Of a DNA stretch of 64,000 nt, positions 56,560 to 64,000 are shown piece by piece; position 1 is the first letter of the stretch, and every line of letters begins with the position of its first letter. The position numbers and the translations under genes are program-made. The DNA is from an uncultured Lachnospiraceae bacterium (GTDB lineage Bacteria > Bacillota > Clostridia > Lachnospirales > Lachnospiraceae): NCBI GenBank assembly GCA_910578795.1, contig CAJTSD010000010.1, positions 10,898 through 74,897 of the forward strand, read 5' to 3'. Under the pieces are notes generated by a model. The model did no database searches and was not told the origin of the DNA. It worked only from the letters and a program-made list of their open reading frames with translations.

Positions 56560-56910
56560 ATGGATAACAGCAGTAATACAGTAAAAAATGCAGGGATAGA
56601 CGGAAGCATACGTATCAAAAGCAGTCTCCGTATAAATGTGAATGATGAGGGCGATGTCATACTTATTCCGGTAGAAGACACACAGTTTATTGAGGATTTC
56701 TTCAATATGCTTGACAAATTCACAGAGGCAAGCAGGAATATCAAGTCGAAGACGGCGGGCAAAGATGTATCAGAACAGGTAAAACCTGTTGCTGAGGAGA
56801 TGCGCGGCATGATGACGGAGCTTGATAATCTGTTTGGAGAAAGATGCTGCCGAAAGGTATTCGGGAATATTGTGCCGACACCGTATATTATGGCTGATTT
56901 CTTTGACTAG
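56560..56910 (+). CDS. tail assembly chaperone (short form); possible extension to 57060
   Basis: 116-aa acidic protein between the tube and tape-measure genes. It ends at TAG 56908-56910, and the same frame stays open for 49 more codons. Confidence 0.6.
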   Translation: MDNSSNTVKNAGIDGSIRIKSSLRINVNDEGDVILIPVEDTQFIEDFFNMLDKFTEASRNIKSKTAGKDVSEQVKPVAEEMRGMMTELDNLFGERCCRKVFGNIVPTPYIMADFFD

Positions 56911-57077
56911 ATTACGCCAATCCTGCACAAATACGCGAATGACAGGCAGTCAAAAATTGCAGAAAAATACAACAGGAACCGTACAGGAGGCACAAATCCT
57001 GTATATAATCCTCAGAACAGCCATAAGAACAGTCACAAGAATAGAAAAAGCCACCATTAGCAGAAAGAAGCGGTAAT

Positions 57078-57668
57078 ATGTTCAATGTGCTATTAGACAG
57101 GCTTCCGGACAAATGGCGCGGATACAGAATAGAAGCAGAGTTCCGGACGGGCATACAGATCATGCAGTGCCTTTCAGATGAGGAGTTTCCAAAAGAAGAA
57201 AGACTGCTTCATGTTTTAACTCTTTTATTTCCCTGTGGTATGCCCGAAACAGAGGAGGCGCTTGAAGGGCTTAAATGGTTTTTGAGCGAGTTTTCCCATG
57301 ACAACCACAGTGAAAAGAGTGAAACAGACAATGTGAAGGTATATGATTTCGACATAGACCAATGGAGGATATACAGCGCATTTCTGAATCAGTATGGAAT
57401 AGATCTCAACACAGCGAAAATGCATTGGTTTACTTTTATGGGGCTTTTGTCAAATCTTGAGGAATGCGCGTTTACGAGGGTGGTTGATATACGCATCAGG
57501 AAACCGGATAAAAGGGCAGGCACAAAAGAAAAGAGAGAGCTTGAAAAGATAAAAGAGGTGTACAGGATCGGGGATAAGGATGCGCATCTGACACCGGAGC
57601 AAAAACGCGCAGAACAGAGACAGCTTGAAATATTCAATAATTTTATGAATGCAGGTAAAAAACAATAA
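57078..57668 (+). CDS. Gp15-family phage protein (tail assembly)
   Basis: N-terminus MFNVLLDRLPDKWRGYRIEAEFRTGIQI is typical of the Gp15 family found upstream of the TMP in A118-like phages. Confidence 0.6.
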   Translation: MFNVLLDRLPDKWRGYRIEAEFRTGIQIMQCLSDEEFPKEERLLHVLTLLFPCGMPETEEALEGLKWFLSEFSHDNHSEKSETDNVKVYDFDIDQWRIYSAFLNQYGIDLNTAKMHWFTFMGLLSNLEECAFTRVVDIRIRKPDKRAGTKEKRELEKIKEVYRIGDKDAHLTPEQKRAEQRQLEIFNNFMNAGKKQ

Positions 57669-57756
57669 TGCAGCAAGAGCCAAGAGCCGCGCAGACAGTC
57701 CGCAAAGGACTGCTGAAAGGCTCTTTGTTTTTTGTTAAGCTGCAGAAGGCGGACAC

Positions 57757-60700
57757 ATGGCAGGCAGATACGACGGTTCGATAAGGATTAATACATTACT
57801 GAATACAGATAATTTTACAGGCGGCGTCAGAAACATGCGCAATGATGTGAATAGACTTGGCAGGAGTATTGCCGGAGTCAGAAGCAGCTTGGGCGGGCTG
57901 GTCAAGTCACTTGGTGTAGGTTTGAGTATTGCAGGGATTGTTGCGCTTGGAAAACAGGCAATCGAAACGGCAAGTGACATTGCGGAAGTTCAGAACGTTG
58001 TAGACACAGCATTTGGCAGCATGTCGTACAAAATGGAGGCATTTGCGGATACAGCGGTAAAGCAGTTTGGCATATCAAAATTATCCGCTAAAGAAATGGG
58101 CTCTACGTTTATGGCAATGGGGCGCGCTATGGTGGACAGCATGGAAGATGCAAGCGACATGGCGATCAACCTGACGGCGCGTGCAGCGGACATGTCAAGC
58201 TTTTACAATAAAAGCGCGGAAGAAACTGCCACAGCATTAAAGTCTATTTATACGGGAGAAACGGAAACATTAAAAGCCTACGGCGTGGTAATGACGGAAA
58301 TTAACCTTCAGGAATACGCATACAGGCAGGGTATAAAAAAGAAAATATCCGCAATGACGCAGGCGGAAAAAGTGCAGCTGCGTTACATGTATGTAATGGA
58401 GCAGACAGCGCTTGCGGAAGGTGATTTTGCAAAGACATCAGACAGCTGGGCAAATCAGACAAGAATTTTAAAAGAACAGTTTAAAGAGCTGCTTTCCGTT
58501 GCAGGTACAGGGCTGATTACCGTATTAACACCTGTTGTCAAGTTTCTTAATACCATTCTCACGCAACTGATTGCGATAGCAACACAGGCAGGCGCCATAT
58601 TATCCAAACTGTTAGGAATATCCATACCGGTGGCGGATTCGGAAAAATTTGCAAAGGATTTATTTGATGCGTCGGGCGGGGCAGATGACCTGACAGAGAG
58701 CATCGAGGCAGCAGAAAAAGCAGCAAACAAAGCACTGGCACCATTTGACAAACTAAATGTATTAAATAATGACAATGGAAGCGGTGTCAGTTCAGGAAGC
58801 AGTGGCAGCAGTTTTGAAATGCCGAAACTTGAGATGAATGAAACAGAGGCTGTTGATGAACTGGACGAAAAAGCAGAGAAAATAAAAGACATACTTGGTC
58901 GTCTGTTTAATCCGTTTCATGAAGCGTGGGAAAACGAAGGCGAATTTGTCATTGAATCATGGAAGTATGCGCTGGGTGAGATTTCAGAGCTGTTGAAACG
59001 GCTAGGAATAGACTTTCTACGGGTATGGGATACATCGGAAACAATCACCATACTTTCAGACATTTTACACATTATCGGCGATATCGGTCTTATTATAGGG
59101 CATTTGGCGAGAAACTTTCGGGAAGCATGGACAGAAAACGATACAGGTTATAAAATCCTCTGCCACATACGGGACATTATTGGCGTCATTATCGGCAATA
59201 TAAGGGACGCAGCAGACTATACGGCGGAGTGGGCAGATAAACTTGATTTTTATCCGTTGCTCTCAAAAGGTGAGGAATGGCTGGAAAGTCTGATACCTGT
59301 TATTGATACATTGTCCGGAATTTTGACAGATTTTTATACAATGGTTCTGCTTCCGCTTGCAAAATGGAAGCTTGAAAAAGGCATTCCGGGTCTGCTACAG
59401 GTTTTTATTGACTTTAATAACGAGGTGGACTGGGAAAAATTAAGAGCCAATATGCAGGAATTTTGGGAGCACTTAGAGCCGTTTGGTGAAACTGTGGGTG
59501 AGGGTTTAATACTCTTTATTGACAGATGTGCGGATGCACTTGCAGATTTCATAAACAGCGATGGATTTGTGGATTTTCTGCACCTGATAGAAGGATGGAT
59601 GGACAGTGTCGAGCCGGAGGATGTTGCAGACGGCTTGGAGAAAATTGCAAAGGGCGTAATTGCTTTAAAAGCCGGATTGAAAGCATGGAGCATACTGAAA
59701 GTACCTTTGAACCTGTTTGGGTCTTTTCTGAGCCTGCTTGAAACGCAAAAGATTACAAAGGCTTTGAAGAATTTGGGCGGCGCAGGGGGAGCCGCCAAAT
59801 CCGGTGGCGTTTTGGCTAAAACACTGGCTTCGTTTGGAGGCAATAAAGGTATTTTGGCGGGATTAAAAAGTCTTTTAACAATGGATTTGGCTACTACGTT
59901 TGGTGCCGGCACTGCTGCTGAGATTGGAATGACAATCGGTACGGGAATTATTGGTAGTATTGCGGCAGCCCTTGCGGGTGGGCTAGAGGCTAAATTTTTA
60001 GACAAATATGTTTTAGGACCGATAATAGGGCTTTTTGACAAGGAAACAGGAGACTTTTACAAAAATTTTAAATGGTTTGGCGAAAACGGTTTTTTTGATA
60101 CGATAATTCCCGATACAACGAGCATGGATACGTTTGTATCGGATTTGAAGACGAATTTAACAGCTATCCAAAATATGATAACCGATTTTCAGGATAATCC
60201 CGTATTGGGGAAACTTACATTAGTCCTTGCGGGACCGTGGGCAAAAGCAGCGCTTGACATACTAAACCATTTGGGCGACATGAAAGGTGCACTTAAGGAT
60301 TTTGGTAAGGACGTGGAATCATGGTGGGACACGGACATTGTAGGCGCATTCTCCTTATGGGGACAGGATATCAATGCTTTTTGGGACGAAAGCATTGCAC
60401 CGTGGTTCAGAAAAGAAAAATGGACGCAATTTGGCGAAAATATGAAATCCGGAATTTCCGAAAAATGGACGGAGTTTACAGGCTGGTGGAAAGGCACAGG
60501 ATTCTATAATTGGTGGAATGAAGATGTTGCATCGTGGTTTGAAAAAGATAAATGGTCTTTTAATGGAATAAAAGATGGTCTTGAAAGTTCTTGGGATGCG
60601 GCAATTGCTGCTGTTAAAAAAATATGGAACAAATTCGCGGGCTGGTTGAATGACAAATTGACATGGACGATTGATCCAATTTCCGTAGCGGGAAAAACGG

Positions 60701-60999
60701 TTTTTGAAGGTACAAAGATTAGTCTGGGAAAAGTGCCGATGCTTGCGGACGGCGCAGTAATACGCGGCGGTAATCCATTCATGGCAGTATTGGGCGATCA
60801 GCCCAAAGGTGTTACAAACATAGAAACACCGCTTCCTACAATGGTACAGGCATTCAAACAGGCAATGGCAGAAAGTGGCGGCATGGGAGGCGGAGAATAT
60901 ACGTTTATTGCACAGCTAAATGAAAAAGTCATATTTGAAGAAATGATACGACTTGACCGCATGCAGAAAAAGTCAACCGGACGCAGCAGTTTTGCATGA
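57757..60999 (+). CDS. tail tape measure protein
   Basis: 1080 aa. Helical N-terminal TMP core, Gly/Ala-rich hydrophobic centre, repeated W-rich C-terminal segments. Confidence 0.9.
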   Translation: MAGRYDGSIRINTLLNTDNFTGGVRNMRNDVNRLGRSIAGVRSSLGGLVKSLGVGLSIAGIVALGKQAIETASDIAEVQNVVDTAFGSMSYKMEAFADTAVKQFGISKLSAKEMGSTFMAMGRAMVDSMEDASDMAINLTARAADMSSFYNKSAEETATALKSIYTGETETLKAYGVVMTEINLQEYAYRQGIKKKISAMTQAEKVQLRYMYVMEQTALAEGDFAKTSDSWANQTRILKEQFKELLSVAGTGLITVLTPVVKFLNTILTQLIAIATQAGAILSKLLGISIPVADSEKFAKDLFDASGGADDLTESIEAAEKAANKALAPFDKLNVLNNDNGSGVSSGSSGSSFEMPKLEMNETEAVDELDEKAEKIKDILGRLFNPFHEAWENEGEFVIESWKYALGEISELLKRLGIDFLRVWDTSETITILSDILHIIGDIGLIIGHLARNFREAWTENDTGYKILCHIRDIIGVIIGNIRDAADYTAEWADKLDFYPLLSKGEEWLESLIPVIDTLSGILTDFYTMVLLPLAKWKLEKGIPGLLQVFIDFNNEVDWEKLRANMQEFWEHLEPFGETVGEGLILFIDRCADALADFINSDGFVDFLHLIEGWMDSVEPEDVADGLEKIAKGVIALKAGLKAWSILKVPLNLFGSFLSLLETQKITKALKNLGGAGGAAKSGGVLAKTLASFGGNKGILAGLKSLLTMDLATTFGAGTAAEIGMTIGTGIIGSIAAALAGGLEAKFLDKYVLGPIIGLFDKETGDFYKNFKWFGENGFFDTIIPDTTSMDTFVSDLKTNLTAIQNMITDFQDNPVLGKLTLVLAGPWAKAALDILNHLGDMKGALKDFGKDVESWWDTDIVGAFSLWGQDINAFWDESIAPWFRKEKWTQFGENMKSGISEKWTEFTGWWKGTGFYNWWNEDVASWFEKDKWSFNGIKDGLESSWDAAIAAVKKIWNKFAGWLNDKLTWTIDPISVAGKTVFEGTKISLGKVPMLADGAVIRGGNPFMAVLGDQPKGVTNIETPLPTMVQAFKQAMAESGGMGGGEYTFIAQLNEKVIFEEMIRLDRMQKKSTGRSSFA

Positions 61000-61017
61000 T
61001 AACTGGAGGAACGATAA

Positions 61018-61434
61018 ATGTTTGAGGGATGGCTAATAAAATTCGGTAACGTGATTCTTCCTAATAAATTTATACTTGCGGACGGTTGGAACTCTGTACC
61101 GAACCAAAGGATTGATATTGAGGCATATAGGGATGCAAATGTGTTTCTGCACAGGGAGACGAGCAAAAATTACAAGACATCTCTTAAGCTGAATATAGGC
61201 GAGATGAACCTGAAAGAGATGGAGGCTTTTAAGGCGGTAATCGGTCTTGCCACACTTGGTATCAATGACAGAAATCAGAGAAAGCTGTCCGTAACATACT
61301 GGAATGATGAGGAGCTTGCCTACAGACATGCGCAAATGTATATGAGGGATACAGAGTATTCCATACACATAGTTGACGAAATAAGCCGTGATATAGAGTA
61401 CAATTCCTTTACGATTGAGCTTATTGAGTATTAG
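61018..61434 (+). CDS. distal tail component (Dit position)
   Basis: 138 aa. First gene after the TMP. SD GGAGGAA. Confidence 0.5.
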   Translation: MFEGWLIKFGNVILPNKFILADGWNSVPNQRIDIEAYRDANVFLHRETSKNYKTSLKLNIGEMNLKEMEAFKAVIGLATLGINDRNQRKLSVTYWNDEELAYRHAQMYMRDTEYSIHIVDEISRDIEYNSFTIELIEY

Positions 61435-61446
61435 AGGAGGGTATGC

Positions 61447-62841
61447 ATGAAAGTGCCTGATAATGTTAAGAAGGCGTATGGTTCGGACAGCACGAACAAA
61501 TATATTTCTATCTGTTTTCCGGAAATAAATCAAAGCATTACGCTTGAACAGATTGACTATGAGTCAATGGAGCTGACAGAAGCGCTTATGAGCAATGGAA
61601 ATGTTGAGTTTGTAGGGTGCATTGCAAGCGTATTTCAGATTAAAATACGGAAATTAAAGGAAGACATAAAAGGCAGGAAAATTACCGTCCATATGTATAC
61701 GGATGGTACGGAGGATATGCCGATTACGCTGTTTAACGGTATTGTGGATTCCGCCACAGAGCAGAGTAATAAGCAGATAAAGAAAATTACAGCGTTTGAT
61801 ATCCTATACACGAAAGGAGACATTAATGTTGGGGAATGGTATAAAGGCTTAAAATTTCCGATATCCTTAAAAGATTTGCGAAACAGTCTGTTCGGATGTA
61901 TCGGAATAACACAGGAAGATGCAGAGCTGCCAAACGATGATGTAATGATAGATAAAAAATATAATCCCGAACAGATGAAAGCGCGTGATGTGATAAAAGC
62001 TGTCTGCCAAATCAATGGGGCATGCGGGATTATCAACCGTCAGGAAAAATTTGAGTACCGTATATTGAGTAAGCTTCCCGAAACGGAATGGGGGAATTAT
62101 CCATCTTCGAATACATATCTGCCGTTTTACCCGAGAAATCCGGAACTGGCAGCAGTTAAAAACACTATATTGGAAGACAAGAATAGAAATAATGAATTTT
62201 TCTCCTATTACCGTGATGTGCAGTACGAGAAGTACACGGTTAAGCCGGTTGATAAGGTGACAATACGGCAGACGGAGGATGCAAAGGGTGTGACGTACGG
62301 AGACGGTATAAACAATTATATTATTCAGGGCAATATGTTTACGCTTGGGTTAAAAGACGATGTTTTATCGAAAATTGCGCACCGGATATATGATTGCGTT
62401 AGTGGGATAGAGTTTCATCCATTTACGGGAAAAAATAACGCACTCCCGTTCGTGGAAGTGGGACTGGACAGCGTATCCTATAATATGTTTAATTTTGACA
62501 GTCTGTATGATCCGGAAGTTGAAGAATATACGGAGAAAAGTTTTTATGTTTTAAACAGGGAACTGACAGGTGTGCAAGCCTTAAAAGACACCTATAAGGC
62601 ACAGGGTGAGGAATATCAGACAGAGTTCATAACAGACCTGCAGACGCAGATTGACACATTAAAGAAAAGTACCAAGCAGGAGGTTGAAGAAAAGGTCAAG
62701 GATTACACCTATAATAAGGAAGAAATTGACGGCATGATTGCCACGGGCGGCGGATTAAAGGTGGAATCAGTGCCCGTCCTTCCGGTAACGGTCGCTGCGA
62801 ATACGATTTACCTGATACAGGGGGAGGTGACAGTTGGATAA
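61447..62841 (+). CDS. tail-associated / baseplate hub protein (Tal position)
   Basis: 464 aa. Second gene after the TMP. SD AGGAGG. Confidence 0.55.
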   Translation: MKVPDNVKKAYGSDSTNKYISICFPEINQSITLEQIDYESMELTEALMSNGNVEFVGCIASVFQIKIRKLKEDIKGRKITVHMYTDGTEDMPITLFNGIVDSATEQSNKQIKKITAFDILYTKGDINVGEWYKGLKFPISLKDLRNSLFGCIGITQEDAELPNDDVMIDKKYNPEQMKARDVIKAVCQINGACGIINRQEKFEYRILSKLPETEWGNYPSSNTYLPFYPRNPELAAVKNTILEDKNRNNEFFSYYRDVQYEKYTVKPVDKVTIRQTEDAKGVTYGDGINNYIIQGNMFTLGLKDDVLSKIAHRIYDCVSGIEFHPFTGKNNALPFVEVGLDSVSYNMFNFDSLYDPEVEEYTEKSFYVLNRELTGVQALKDTYKAQGEEYQTEFITDLQTQIDTLKKSTKQEVEEKVKDYTYNKEEIDGMIATGGGLKVESVPVLPVTVAANTIYLIQGEVTVG

Positions 62842-64000
62842 TGGGAAAGCAGTCATCAAGGTTGTATTTTAAGGGGAAAGACCATAAGGACATATATTTT
62901 CAGGGGCACTACCACGATGCGATGTACCTGACAGATGGTGGGGGGAATGCAACACTTGTTTGGGAGAAAATTAAAGGTATTTTAGATACAAAGACCTTTT
63001 GCTTGGCTTATAAAGATGGGCTTTACATTGCCCTTATTGCCAATGGATCTGTAAAAGACATTACAATTTATGGTGGAACTGACATTTACGGAATGAATCC
63101 CAATAGTATTAAAGATATACAGGCTGGTTATAAACGCGTACACAGTTTATTTATTTTCGAAAATAAACTGGAAATTGTTTATGAACGTTCTTATTATATC
63201 AATTCTTACACCATACAAATTACAGGCGGGAAATTGGATACCGGGAATGCCATACTGGATGACCTGGATGGATATTATTGGTATTCGAGCCGCGTATTGG
63301 TTGGAAAAAAATGCAAAAAGTATATGGCTGCCGTTTTTTCCTCCAGTGTATCCATAGCGTCGAAACCCGGGATTTTAATAGACAGCAAGGCGGTATCTTA
63401 TGAAGAATTTCTTGAAAACGAAGTAAGCAGAGGGGTTTTTTTCATATCAGGCAAACTTTTTGTAGATTCGACAATAGCGGGAAAAGGCATGAATATAGAC
63501 GCGCCTATTCGTTTTTTCGAGTTAAATGATTTTGAAACAGAACTTGCACTAAGGGAAATAAAACTTCCACCATCCCTTGTGAATGAATTTAAAGCAGAAG
63601 CTGAAAAGGCTTTTTACGAAAAAATTCCGACAGGATATAGCCCGAAAGACTGGTCCTATTCGTTTTCGGTGTACCAGTCATCAAACCATGCAGGCGGGGT
63701 GTGCGTACTTGACAATAACAAAGGCGCTGTATTTTTAAATTTATCCGCAACATGTTCAATGGAAGCTGCACAGGGACATATCCCTACCAGCAGTGAATTT
63801 GGATACGGCAATGCAATATACAGAGCCATTGTTGATTTTTCGACCTGTCGAATCACAAAATACGAAAAAACAGAAATGGTTGCATTGAATGAGGCGCAGG
63901 GATTCAGCCGAAACTGGAGGGTGCAATTTGCGTTCAGAATAACAGGTGGAAAAGAAGCTAATTATTTGAGCTATGGAAAAATTTCAGATACGAACGACAG
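62841..64000 (+). CDS. tail fibre / receptor-binding region protein (5' part; runs off the window)
   Basis: Hand translation shows no stop from ATG 62841 (overlapping TAA 62839-62841) to the window end (386 codons). It is absent from the ORF track only because it has no stop. AT-richer than the neighbouring tail genes. Confidence 0.6.
   Translation, partial: MGKQSSRLYFKGKDHKDIYFQGHYHDAMYLTDGGGNATLVWEKIKGILDTKTFCLAYKDGLYIALIANGSVKDITIYGGTDIYGMNPNSIKDIQAGYKRVHSLFIFENKLEIVYERSYYINSYTIQITGGKLDTGNAILDDLDGYYWYSSRVLVGKKCKKYMAAVFSSSVSIASKPGILIDSKAVSYEEFLENEVSRGVFFISGKLFVDSTIAGKGMNIDAPIRFFELNDFETELALREIKLPPSLVNEFKAEAEKAFYEKIPTGYSPKDWSYSFSVYQSSNHAGGVCVLDNNKGAVFLNLSATCSMEAAQGHIPTSSEFGYGNAIYRAIVDFSTCRITKYEKTEMVALNEAQGFSRNWRVQFAFRITGGKEANYLSYGKISDTND

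Larger units (their letters stand above)
29230..64000. mobile_element. siphovirus-type prophage (left end and >=34.8 kb; right end beyond the window) integrated at tRNA-Gly
   Basis: Integrase lies 20 nt from the tRNA 3' end. It is followed by lysogeny, replication, packaging, head and tail modules in canonical order. Confidence 0.9.

Noticed and set aside
56820-56910. Canonical -1 programmed frameshift in the tail chaperone
   Set aside because: The -1 frame contains stops at 56823, 56826, 56895 and 56904, so no -1 extension product is possible.
61432-61449. TAG read-through fusing 61018..61434 to 61447..62841 (same frame, no intervening stop)
   Set aside because: A canonical AGGAGG lies 6 nt before the ATG at 61447, which is an ordinary gene junction. 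A shared frame is a 1-in-3 coincidence.

Overview
The first ~29 kb is the chromosomal backbone of a low-GC Gram-positive bacterium. It looks Clostridia-like because it carries GlnRS, a four-subunit 2-oxoacid:ferredoxin oxidoreductase, HtpG and a CIRCE element. The remaining >=34.8 kb is the left part of a siphovirus-type prophage inserted directly 3' of a tRNA-Gly(GCC) gene (29157-29229). Backbone genes: clpP (translationally coupled to an HTH-only AraC-like gene), glnS, a HAD hydrolase, TetR, a PfkB kinase, guaB, a gamma-delta-alpha-beta OFOR operon, clpB, an MBOAT+SGNH acyltransferase pair, a PrsA-like foldase, htpG preceded by a perfect CIRCE, pilT, a GT2 glycosyltransferase, glyA and a GH3 hydrolase. 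Prophage, left to right: integrase; an AT-rich accessory/lysogeny region with a type I toxin-antitoxin-like locus, a SAP-domain protein, a CI-like repressor facing a consensus early promoter with operator repeats, and two paralogous convergent-gene cassettes; an early/replication module with an HUH rolling-circle Rep-like protein followed by an inverted pair of perfect DnaA boxes, an RNase H-like protein, Dam, VRR-NUC and a PcfK/PcfJ-like block; a second tyrosine recombinase; then terS, terL, portal, MuF, scaffold, capsid, connectors, tail tube, chaperone, tape measure and distal tail genes running off the window. The most unusual observations are these. (1) Two phage ORFs keep their coding signal in frame across a TAG codon (44239-44241 and 56908-56910). 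The second sits where the tail-chaperone frameshift normally is, and the -1 frame there is closed. (2) The MuF head protein is fused to a PD-(D/E)xK nuclease-like toxin module, with a decayed AT-rich locus downstream. (3) There is a candidate type I TA next to the integrase. (4) Promoter/leader/SD modules are duplicated around two convergent gene pairs. (5) A DnaA-box palindrome lies next to the HUH Rep. (6) An identical 26-bp hairpin element precedes two early genes. No CRISPR array, rRNA or transposase was seen. All functional calls come from reading motifs by eye; no database search was run. Coordinates of small sites may be off by 1-2 nt.
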